From a bacterium (GTDB taxonomy: Bacteria; UBA8248), in NCBI GenBank assembly GCA_965204535.1, contig CBDBEV010000001.1, forward strand, positions 1,024,001 to 1,088,000: 64,000 nucleotides of DNA. The letters run 5' to 3'. A program made the position numbers and the translations under genes. How positions within the stretch are numbered: position 1 is the stretch's first letter; the number at the start of each line of letters is the position of its first letter. Positions 52,454 to 64,000 of the stretch are shown here, piece after piece. Below the pieces are notes generated by a model. The model was given only the letters and a program-made list of their open reading frames with translations, was not told where the DNA came from and ran no database searches.

Positions 52454-52498
52454 AACCGGCGGGCGAAAAGATACGTCGATGAGAGGAATTTCGAGGTC

Positions 52499-53311
52499 AT
52501 GCCGATACTCTTGCGTGACATCTGGGCAATAGAAAATCTCACGGATTTCAAAGTCCACTACGCCCGATGGAACGGCGCATCCCAGCCTTTGGAGGTTTGG
52601 TTGAACGACAGGCGCGCCTGGCGAGGTTGGCAGGAATACCGCCCAAAACGTAACGATTTCAACAGGCAGTATATTTTCTCGTTGATGCAGTTTTACCACG
52701 AAACCGATATCTGGCTATTCGGCGGTGTATTCGAGGTCGTGGAACGCCATGACGATAGATACGAAGTTGAACTGACCGATCAAGGAAAAGAATTCATCGG
52801 TCGCTTGAAGTTGCGCTCCCCATTTCGAGGCCGGGGAACACGTCTTAATTTCGAGAATCATTTTGAACGATTCAAAGTTCAGGAAATTCTGCGGGAGCCG
52901 TATTCGGGGCGTTCTTTTCCCGGTTATGAAGATGTCGACTTGTCGTTCGCAGAGTTAGAAACACTGGTGCGAAATGACAGGCCGGACTGGAAAGGCGCGC
53001 TTGAGAGCGTGAAAGGCGTCTATTTGATCACCGACACCAAAGCGGAAAAAAGGTATGTGGGCTCCGCCTATGGCGATCAGGGAGTGTGGTCCCGTTGGAG
53101 TCAATACATCGAGAGCGGGCATGGCGGAAATGTCGAACTGAGCGAGTGGCTCGACGCTCAAGGAGGGGTGGATTACGGTCGTGTTCATTTCCGTTTCACT
53201 CTTTTGGAGCATCGGGCTGCTCGAGCGCCTGACGACCTTATCCTTGGGCGCGAGGAATTCTGGAAGCGCATACTCATGACGCGCGGCAAGCAGGGGTTCA
53301 ATTGCAACTGA
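52499..53311 (+). CDS. GIY-YIG nuclease family protein
   Basis: GVYLI...YVGSAYG...RW...GGN...E...N motifs; less GC-biased codons. Confidence 0.85.
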   Translation: MPILLRDIWAIENLTDFKVHYARWNGASQPLEVWLNDRRAWRGWQEYRPKRNDFNRQYIFSLMQFYHETDIWLFGGVFEVVERHDDRYEVELTDQGKEFIGRLKLRSPFRGRGTRLNFENHFERFKVQEILREPYSGRSFPGYEDVDLSFAELETLVRNDRPDWKGALESVKGVYLITDTKAEKRYVGSAYGDQGVWSRWSQYIESGHGGNVELSEWLDAQGGVDYGRVHFRFTLLEHRAARAPDDLILGREEFWKRILMTRGKQGFNCN

Positions 53312-53314
53312 TGC

Positions 53315-53630
53315 GGGGCTGTTGAAAAGCCTGTTGCAGCAGGTTTTGCTCGTCATTCCGGCGCATGCCGGAATCCAGAACCGATGAGAAGGATAAACGG
53401 CGGCGCCACATTTCCTCGCCCATTCGCCGGAAATGACGGAAAAAAACAAAAGACAAAATCCCTGGATTCCGGCATGCGCCGGAGTGACGATCCAGGGCGA
53501 ATGACGTGTATGCCTGTAGGGGCCGTTCGTGAACGGCCCTTGCCGGAGAAACGGGCGCTTCACGAAGCGCCCCTACGGGTTCGTTTCTAAACGCAAGAGA
53601 TGCGTAGGGGCGGGTTTTCTCCCACCCGGG
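53315..53630. repeat. REP/REPIN mosaic with an IS1182-like end
   Basis: GGGGCTGTTGAAAAG, CGTC-type doublet and a GTAG REPIN almost identical to 4102-4166. Confidence 0.8.
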
Positions 53631-53949
53631 CATCGCTTTGGAGTCGGACACCGAGGGTGGCCGGAGCGATCGAATTGATGCGATGAAGCCGGATCGCGCC
53701 GAACTCGTCAGTATCCCCGCTGAAAAAAATTCTTGAATCCCTCCCTCTCTCCATGCTCTAATGAGTGCGTCAGCACCACGACAGCGAACGTCCATGCCCG
53801 GAGGCGCGTATGCAGACCCACATTCCGCCTCGAACCGACCGCCATCTCGCGCGTCATGTTCCGCCCGCCTCCGTTGCAGCCCTACCCCCCGGCGCCATAG
53901 AAAATGCCTTCGAAAAACAAGCGGATTTCACCAGAATTGGAGTGAACCC

Positions 53950-55356
<1,407 letters not shown>

Positions 55357-55428
55357 GGCGGTAGAGTTGCCGACTATGGAGCTCTTGATTCTTGAAGCGT
55401 GATTCTTTCGTCGGGTACTCAGAAAGAT

Positions 55429-55458
55429 AAAAGCGCCCGCCGTCCCGCGGGCGTTTTT
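55429..55458. terminator. Bidirectional terminator between amt and the TA pair
   Basis: AAAAGCGCCCGC/GCGGGCGTTTTT. Confidence 0.65.
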
Positions 55459-55880
55459 CATGCGTGGGAATACAGGGTGAAATCCCTGTCGAGCCATAAG
55501 ACATGGAACATGGTTCTGTCTCGATATCCCACCATGGGGCGTCTGCCGAAAAAACGGAAAGCGAGGAGGTTCACCTCGTCCGTGATGTGTGGCGGCATCG
55601 ATGCCTTGATTTGATTTCGAGGTATCTTTTCATATCCGGTTGCGTGTCTGTTCGAGCTCGCGATCTGATTCCAGGTCAATCGACTCAATTTGTCGAGGGT
55701 GTCGGCGAAGGCGGCTTTTTCGTCTCTTTGACAATTTTTCAGGGAATGTTCCCTTTGACTCAAATAGCGAAGCGAAAACTTGGGCGGGAGCGTTTGCGGG
55801 GAAACGCCGCGAGAAGAACCGGGTTTTATTCTCTCCCCTTTGTTCCTTCTGTCTTTGGGCCTAATCCGCCTCTTCGCCAT
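55458..55880 (-). CDS. Putative toxin paired with a Panacea antitoxin
   Basis: Basic 140-aa protein overlapping the antitoxin stop by 20 nt; C-terminal FHVLWLD..F.LY.H. Confidence 0.65.
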   Translation of the reverse strand: MAKRRIRPKDRRNKGERIKPGSSRGVSPQTLPPKFSLRYLSQREHSLKNCQRDEKAAFADTLDKLSRLTWNQIASSNRHATGYEKIPRNQIKASMPPHITDEVNLLAFRFFGRRPMVGYRDRTMFHVLWLDRDFTLYSHA

Positions 55881-56313
55881 TTTCCATCTGGGCCTTGAAA
55901 TACGTTTTCATGGATCGGTTCGAGATGGCTTCCCTCTTCTCGGAAGCGACTCGCCAAGGCGCATCTTCGTGCGTCATGTTTCTCAGCTTCCAGGCCGAAA
56001 ATTGTCCGTAGACGTCATAGACCTCATCGAGAAATTCCTTTTCTTCGTCGTTGAATTTGCTGAAATCCATGTTTTCGGGGTTCGGAATCGGAGCGGAGCC
56101 GTATTCCTTGTATTCCCGGAACAGGTTCGGGATGACGGGACCATACAGCCATGCCTCGATGCGGTCCTCGAACAGCGGCTCGTCATAAAGCGCCAGATGA
56201 TAGCCCTGCGCATAGTAGACGAGCTTTTGCAATTTCATGTTCGAGATCAGATCGCCCGCGTCCTCATCCTGAAGCGAGAGAAAATACTCGGCTACGTCTT
56301 TGCAGGTAAGCAA
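55861..56313 (-). CDS. Panacea-domain (DUF4065/SocA-like) antitoxin
   Basis: ISNMKLQKLVYYAQG, IEAWLYGPV and LRNMTHEDAPW motifs. Confidence 0.9.
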   Translation of the reverse strand: MLTCKDVAEYFLSLQDEDAGDLISNMKLQKLVYYAQGYHLALYDEPLFEDRIEAWLYGPVIPNLFREYKEYGSAPIPNPENMDFSKFNDEEKEFLDEVYDVYGQFSAWKLRNMTHEDAPWRVASEKREAISNRSMKTYFKAQMENGEEAD

Positions 56314-56382
56314 TGGAGTTCCTCAAAAGAAAACAGGCATGGAATGAGGGGCGGTGTCCGCCCGGCGCGTATACGTCTGAAA

Positions 56383-56412
56383 ATTGTATATACCGCAAAA
56401 ACGCCTTGTCAA
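56383..56412 (-). promoter_or_regulatory. Sigma70 promoter of the TA pair
   Basis: TTGACA-N18-TACAAT on the minus strand. Confidence 0.6.
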
Positions 56413-56474
56413 CGAAAAGCGGAGGCGTTTCGTCGAACGCCCTCGCCGATGGTTTCCGGGCGGCTTTCTTCTCC

Positions 56475-57227
56475 TCACCCCAACCCGAAATACGCCTTGA
56501 TGCGTCTGGCCGCCTCTTCGGAGACGCCGCGCATCACCTCGGCCACGCGCTCGGGCGAGGTGTCCTCAATCACGCCGTACCAGCCCGATTCGTACATCTC
56601 GCGCACGTCCCTGGGGATGTAGTAGACCGCCGGGTCGCGCCGGGCCGCGTCGCTCTTCGCTCCGTGATCCATGGGGGATGCGTCCGTGGCGAGTTCCAGG
56701 TGCGCGAGTTCGGGCCTGTCGGCGAGCACGGGCAGGACTTCGAGTTCCCCGCCATGCGTCAGGCCTACCTTCTCCCCATAGAGGTTCTTGGCGATGAAGT
56801 GCGCGTGAACGATGAGGATCCGCAAACCCTCGTGCGCGTTCTGGGCGTCTTCGGCCGCAATCTCCATCGCCGGCAGGTTGCGCTCGTGCCAGTTCAGAAA
56901 CACCACCTTCCGCGCCCCGTGCTGGTGGAGGCTGCCGACGACGTCGCGCATCAGGCGGATCATGGTCTCGGAGCGAAGCGACACCGTGCCGCCGAAGCCC
57001 ATGTGCAGGGGGGTGACGCCGAAGGGGCAGAAATCGACCAGCAGCCCGCCGGTGATGGCCGCGACCCGCCTCGCGAACGACTCCGCCGCGTAGTAGTCCG
57101 TCCCCATCGGCAGGTGGGCGCCGTGCTGCTCCACGCTGCCCAGGGGAATGATGGCGAGGCCGGTTTCCTCCAAAATCTTCTCGGCTTCGGGGTTCGTCAT
57201 CTCCATCAGCGTGCGCGCTTTTTCCAT
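56475..57227 (-). CDS. Creatininase-family amidohydrolase
   Basis: PLGSVEQHGAHLPMGTD, NWH and HGGELE motifs. Confidence 0.9.
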   Translation of the reverse strand: MEKARTLMEMTNPEAEKILEETGLAIIPLGSVEQHGAHLPMGTDYYAAESFARRVAAITGGLLVDFCPFGVTPLHMGFGGTVSLRSETMIRLMRDVVGSLHQHGARKVVFLNWHERNLPAMEIAAEDAQNAHEGLRILIVHAHFIAKNLYGEKVGLTHGGELEVLPVLADRPELAHLELATDASPMDHGAKSDAARRDPAVYYIPRDVREMYESGWYGVIEDTSPERVAEVMRGVSEEAARRIKAYFGLG

Positions 57228-57231
57228 GGCT

Positions 57232-57657
57232 TTATGACTCCTCGTCTTGCTCCTGCGCCGATGCGGGAATCGGGCCTTTGGTTTCCATGAGTTCGATCAC
57301 CACCCCGTCGGGTCCCTGGAAGTAGAGGTATTTGAGGTGCGGCATGTCGTCTTCCTCCACGATGGGGACGCCGCGCCCGGTGAGGGTCGCGCGGGCGGCC
57401 TCGAGTTCTCCCTCGCCCACGTAGAAGCCGATGTGGTCGACGCCCAGCCGGGGGGTGCGGCCCGGCGGGTCGGGATTTTCTCCGGGCCGGACGCCCCGAA
57501 CGATGAGCATCCCGCCGCCGATCATGAGCTTGGTCTGGGGCGCTCCTTTGCGCTCGCGCGAATCGACGACGCGCGCGCCCAGGATTTCGCGGTAGAAGCG
57601 CACCGCCTCGTCATGGTCCGTATGGAGGATGTGCGCGTGCTCGTAGGTGAGTTTCAT
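57232..57657 (-). CDS. VOC-family protein
   Basis: EHAHI, GVDHIGF and YFQGPDGVVIEL motifs. Confidence 0.85.
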   Translation of the reverse strand: MKLTYEHAHILHTDHDEAVRFYREILGARVVDSRERKGAPQTKLMIGGGMLIVRGVRPGENPDPPGRTPRLGVDHIGFYVGEGELEAARATLTGRGVPIVEEDDMPHLKYLYFQGPDGVVIELMETKGPIPASAQEQDEES

Positions 57658-57992
57658 GGCGGTTCTTCTTTCAGGCGCGCCGGGAGGGCGCGCGCTCGAT
57701 AAAATTTTCCCGTACGTGACTGAAGTCGGACGACCCGCATTCTGGCGCAAAAGACCCTTTTTTTGAAGAGAGGGCCGCGAATTTCGCCTCCCCTGGAGGC
57801 GGTGAAGCCCTGGAAGCGAGGTTGGTGGGACGTCGTCGCCGCACGCCGGGGAACGCCCGGTGCTTTGCGAATCGGGGCGAATCGTTGTATACACACTTCT
57901 TCCAACCCAACCCGGCCGCCAACGCGGGACGGCTTGAGGAGGAGCCGGGCGGAGGGGTTTGGATGATCAACATCCCGCTGGAGGCAATTCCT

Positions 57993-58790
57993 GTGGCGCA
58001 AGCAGTATGCAACGGAGTCCAGATTTCCTACGACGACAATGGCATGAGCACCCCGACCCCTCCCATCGTCTTCATACATGGGCACGGGCTGAACCGCTCG
58101 ATGTGGGAGCGCCAGAAACTCGCGCTCCGGGGCACGCAACGGGTCCTGACGTATGACCTGAGAGGGCATGGCCGATCGGAAAAACCCCCGACGGGATACG
58201 GCCGCGACATCGAGGTCGCGGACCTCCTCGATTTGATCGAGCATGCCCGCATCCCCAAGGCCCACCTCGTGGGCTTGAGCCGCGGCGCCGGAATCGCCCT
58301 CGCTTTCGCCTCGGCGCACCCCGACAGGACGGCGTCGGTCATCGCGATGGGACCGGGTTATGACTATCCCCGCCTCATGCCCGAGTTCGCCGATCAGAGG
58401 CTCCAGACCATGGCCACCCTGAGAGCCGAGGGGCTGCGGGCGGCCAAGGATTACTGGGCGGACCTGCCCATCTTCGCTTCGGTGAGAGAAAACGAGGACG
58501 CCGCCGATTGGGCGGAGGATATGCTCCTCACCTACACGGGCGCGCATTGGCTCGACCAGAATCCTCCGCAGGATGCCTCGCTCGCGAACATCGCCGCCAA
58601 AGTCACGGCGCCCACGCTCCTCATGGTGGGCGAGAAGGATCTGCCCGGCTTCCATGACTGCGCGGACGAATTGGCCGCGAAGATAGAGGGCGCCGAGAAG
58701 GTGGTGGTTCCGGGCGTGGGGCACCTGATGGCGATCGAGGACACCGAAGCGGTGACGGAGCACATCTCCGCGTTCCTGGCGAAACAATAG
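57993..58790 (+). CDS. Alpha/beta hydrolase
   Basis: FIHG, DLRGHG, GLSRG nucleophile elbow, Asp and His; GTG start from GGAGG RBS. Confidence 0.88.
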   Translation: MAQAVCNGVQISYDDNGMSTPTPPIVFIHGHGLNRSMWERQKLALRGTQRVLTYDLRGHGRSEKPPTGYGRDIEVADLLDLIEHARIPKAHLVGLSRGAGIALAFASAHPDRTASVIAMGPGYDYPRLMPEFADQRLQTMATLRAEGLRAAKDYWADLPIFASVRENEDAADWAEDMLLTYTGAHWLDQNPPQDASLANIAAKVTAPTLLMVGEKDLPGFHDCADELAAKIEGAEKVVVPGVGHLMAIEDTEAVTEHISAFLAKQ

Positions 58791-58877
58791 GGGAAGATTC
58801 CGAATCGCGCGCGCTCTTCTCTTCGGGCGGCACGACACGGAACGGAGTGATTTTCTGAGAACGGGACGCGGCGGAGA

Positions 58878-60638
58878 TTGGCCTTGAGTCCATTTTCCGA
58901 AGTCAGAAGAATAGAGACGGACGTGCTCATCATCGGCGGCGGCGTCGCCGGCATGATGGCGGCGGTGGGCTGCGTCCGCTCTGGCGTCAAGCCCGTCCTC
59001 ATCACGAAAGCGACGTTTCCCTCCGGCAGTTCATCCATGGCGCGCGGCGGATACACCGCGGCGATGGGCCACTCCGAACCCACCGACAAGCCCGAATTCC
59101 TGTACGAGGATTCCATCGAGGCGAGTTATGGAATCTGCAACCACCGCTTGATGCGCATCATGAGCGAGGAGGCCATCGACAGAACGGTCGAACTCGACGC
59201 CTGGGGTCTGGGCCTCATCAGGATGGAAGATGGCAGATACCACCAGAAAAAAAGCGCCTCGCACCGCTTCCCGCGCCTCCTTCACTGCGGAAAGCTGATG
59301 GGCAAGCCGCTCATGCAGTCTCTGGCGAAAAAGATGCGCGAATGGGGCGTGGAGACGATCCAGCACGCCATTTTCGTGGACCTGATGAAAGAAGGCGAAC
59401 GCGTCGTCGGGGCGTGGGGGTTCTTGTATCGCGAGGGAATCCCCGTCGTGGTCCACGCGCGCTCGACCATCATGGCCACGGGCGGCGCACCGCAACTCCA
59501 CGAGGTGAACGACTCGCCGCCCTACATCTCGGGCGACGGCTACACCATGGCGCTGCGCGCAGGCGCCGAGTTGATAGACATGGAGTTCATCGACTATCAA
59601 CTCCTGGCGGCCGCGCCGCTCAAGATCCGGGGCTATCCGCCCCACACGAGCGGCTTCATCAACGCGGGCGCTTATCTCTACAACAAGGACGGCGAACGCT
59701 TCATGTGGAACTACGACCCCGAGCGCGGCGAGCGCGCCACGCGCGCCGTGGTGAACCGGGGGGTGGGCATGGAGATATATGAGGGGCGCGGCACGGAGAG
59801 CCACGGCATCTATCTCGACGCGCGCCACGTGATCGAGGAGGTGAACGACGGCGCCACGGCGGACATCATCCGCGTCTTCAAGACCCAGGGCGTCGACATG
59901 GCGGATTCCCCCATCGAGGTGGCGAGCGGCCCGCACACCTATCTGGGCGGCATCAGGATAGACGAGTGGGGCCGCACGAATCTGTCGGGTTTCTACGCGG
60001 GAGGCGAGGCCGCCGGCGGCGTCCACGGGGCGAACCGCACGGGCGGCGCGGCCCTGGCGGACAGCTACGTCTTCGGGCTTCGCTCAGGGATAGGCGCGGC
60101 CTGCGAGGGAGCACGGCTCGAAAAACCGGATCCGGAAAGCGGCGGCTGGCGGGAGGGAATCGAGAAACTGCGCGCGCGCGAGGGAAAGGCGAACGGTCCC
60201 GACGACAAGCATCTTCGCCTGGAGGTGCAGCGCGTGGGGGTCGAGGGAATCGGGCAGATTCGCGAAAGAAAGAGGCTCGAGAAAGCCCTTGCGCGGCTCG
60301 ATGAGCTCGAAGCCGAGAACGAACTGGCCGCCGTGGCCGGCGATATGCCCCGCAAGCGCTTCGACTGCATGAGGCGAATCGAGGAGACACACAACCTGAT
60401 CGGCGTGGCGCGCATGCTCGCCGTGGCGGCTCTCTTTCGCACGGAGAGCCGCGGCGGACATTTCCGGATGGACCATCCCGACATCAGCGAGGCGTGGCGC
60501 TGCAACATCGTGCTCTCGCTCGAGAACGGCGAGGTTGAGCCCAGGCGCGAGGCGGTGGTCGGTGAGGACGCCGCTGCGGCGGAGCCTGATGAGCCGCCCA
60601 CCACGTCGGCGCTCGTGGAGCAAGCGGGAGTCGGCTAG
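58878..60638 (+). CDS. SdhA/FrdA/NadB-superfamily flavoprotein, stand-alone
   Basis: IIGGGVAG, ATGG, GEAAGGVHGANR and ESRGGH motifs. Confidence 0.88.
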   Translation: MALSPFSEVRRIETDVLIIGGGVAGMMAAVGCVRSGVKPVLITKATFPSGSSSMARGGYTAAMGHSEPTDKPEFLYEDSIEASYGICNHRLMRIMSEEAIDRTVELDAWGLGLIRMEDGRYHQKKSASHRFPRLLHCGKLMGKPLMQSLAKKMREWGVETIQHAIFVDLMKEGERVVGAWGFLYREGIPVVVHARSTIMATGGAPQLHEVNDSPPYISGDGYTMALRAGAELIDMEFIDYQLLAAAPLKIRGYPPHTSGFINAGAYLYNKDGERFMWNYDPERGERATRAVVNRGVGMEIYEGRGTESHGIYLDARHVIEEVNDGATADIIRVFKTQGVDMADSPIEVASGPHTYLGGIRIDEWGRTNLSGFYAGGEAAGGVHGANRTGGAALADSYVFGLRSGIGAACEGARLEKPDPESGGWREGIEKLRAREGKANGPDDKHLRLEVQRVGVEGIGQIRERKRLEKALARLDELEAENELAAVAGDMPRKRFDCMRRIEETHNLIGVARMLAVAALFRTESRGGHFRMDHPDISEAWRCNIVLSLENGEVEPRREAVVGEDAAAAEPDEPPTTSALVEQAGVG

Positions 60639-60767
60639 AAAATTTTTCCGATCTTTGGTCATGTTCGTTCTTCCGATTTTTGGCGCACTGCAATAACCCA
60701 ATAAAAACAATCAGTTGAAGAAGCGTTCGAATTCCTGAAAAAAAGCGAAATAATTCGGGTTTTTTCT

Positions 60768-60796
60768 TTGACAAAGCCGTCTCGAACCACTATATT
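60768..60796 (+). promoter_or_regulatory. rrn P1 promoter
   Basis: TTGACA-N17-TATATT with an AT-rich upstream region. Confidence 0.8.
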
Positions 60797-60927
60797 TCGC
60801 CAGCCTTGAGGGCCAAGAAAACGACAGTGTGATTTGCGCGGGTGGCTGCATGAGTTACGGGAGCTTTTTCCTTGAGGGGTAAGGGCTTCACGGTTGGTTT
60901 TTTCGCGCAAATCCAGGAATTTCCCGG

Positions 60928-60997
60928 TTGACACGAATCGTCGGCCGTTGGTATTCTGATAGTTCCTTCTTGATTCAAGAAGATATGCTCTTTGAAA
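60928..60997 (+). promoter_or_regulatory. rrn P2 promoter and boxA
   Basis: TTGACA-N18-TATTCT; TGCTCTTTGAAA at 60986. Confidence 0.75.
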
Positions 60998-61119
60998 AAA
61001 GAATAGGATATGTGACGGACCTGAACGGGCTCAGTAGTACAATTCCCGATTGAACCCAAAGGGATGGGAAGCCCCCCGGGAAACCGGAGAGGTATTTTTC
61101 CCTTTGGAACCAGATATAT

Positions 61120-62679
<1,560 letters not shown>

Positions 62680-62993
62680 TGCTGAAAGATTCGTTTTCAA
62701 AAAGCACGGGAGGGGAGAGAGGGCGTTTTCATCATCTGGTGAGAACGAGCCGCTCTCTTGCCTGAGGATCGTGCGACGCCGCCTCGCGCCTTTGGCGCAT
62801 GGCAGGATGATTGCAAAACGAATCGGCGCTTCAAGGTCGATGGCCCGTCTCGGGCCGTCCATATCCTGTTCTTGATAATTACGCCACAGCGGGTATGCGG
62901 ATTGTCCCGGATTCGAGATATGCGAATTCCGGCTGAATGCCTGGGTGAGGCCCGATGCGGAAATGGAGTTTCTTGCCGCGCGGGCGAGGTCGC

Positions 62994-63070
62994 GGGCCTA
63001 TAGCTCAGTTGGTCAGAGCGCGCGCCTGATAAGCGCGAGGTCCCTGGTTCAAATCCAGGTAGGCCCACCA
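62994..63070 (+). tRNA. tRNA-Ile(GAT)
   Basis: Cloverleaf with GAT anticodon and CCA end. Confidence 0.97.
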
Positions 63071-63193
63071 TATCGGAATGGATGGGGATGATACGCATGG
63101 CATGAAACGCCGGAAGCGATGGCGTGGATGGACCGTTGAGCGGAACCGCGCAGGCTCATCGTCGCGGGCCGGTCCCTGAAGCGAATTCGAAAT

Positions 63194-63269
63194 GGGGATG
63201 TAGCTCAGTCGGGAGAGCGCCTGGTTTGCAACCAGGAGGTCGGCGGTTCGAGCCCGCTCATCTCCACCA
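63194..63269 (+). tRNA. tRNA-Ala(TGC)
   Basis: Cloverleaf with TGC anticodon and CCA end. Confidence 0.97.
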
Positions 63270-63423
63270 TCTGGATCGGCGGTCAGTGGCGATGAATTTG
63301 AATTCTTCAGCAAATCGGGCGGGAGTTTCTTCCGCCTTTTGCTCTTTGACAATCGAATCGCGTGAATTGGCATAATCATTGAAGGCTCTCAGTATTGACT
63401 GAGAATCTGAAATCTCAAGATTC

Positions 63424-64000
<577 letters not shown>

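Overview
GC-rich bacterial chromosome segment from a diderm organism. It is probably Nitrospinota/Tectomicrobia-like and possibly a marine host-associated lineage, but that placement is only my impression from the 16S and gene content. The window starts inside a hemE-hemH-hemY operon and ends inside the 23S rRNA of an rrn operon (16S-tRNA-Ile-tRNA-Ala-23S). Between them lie many catabolic genes (LeuCD-like hydro-lyase, 2 FAH, HpcH aldolase, 2 LLM monooxygenases, 2 VOC, 2 creatininase-family, class III aminotransferase), a CUT1 ABC transporter, a DUF1302/DUF1329/YCF48/RND cassette, thiC with a TPP riboswitch, amt, a porin, a TbpB-like surface lipoprotein, two toxin-antitoxin pairs, a GIY-YIG nuclease and an intact IS1182-family element. 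Best candidate for an undescribed system: an AhpD/CMD-family gene that the ORF track splits in two but that reads C-N-Y-TGA (CxxU, selenocysteine) with a SECIS-like hairpin. It is followed by a co-linear paralog whose redox motif is replaced by D-T-Y-F, downstream of an aminotransferase and a FAH enzyme. Second theme: intergenic DNA is full of REP/REPIN mosaics and short elements carrying IS1182-type ends. The autonomous IS1182 sits exactly in a REP loop with a 5-bp duplication, and two co-linear repeat mosaics bracket a surface-lipoprotein plus TA module.
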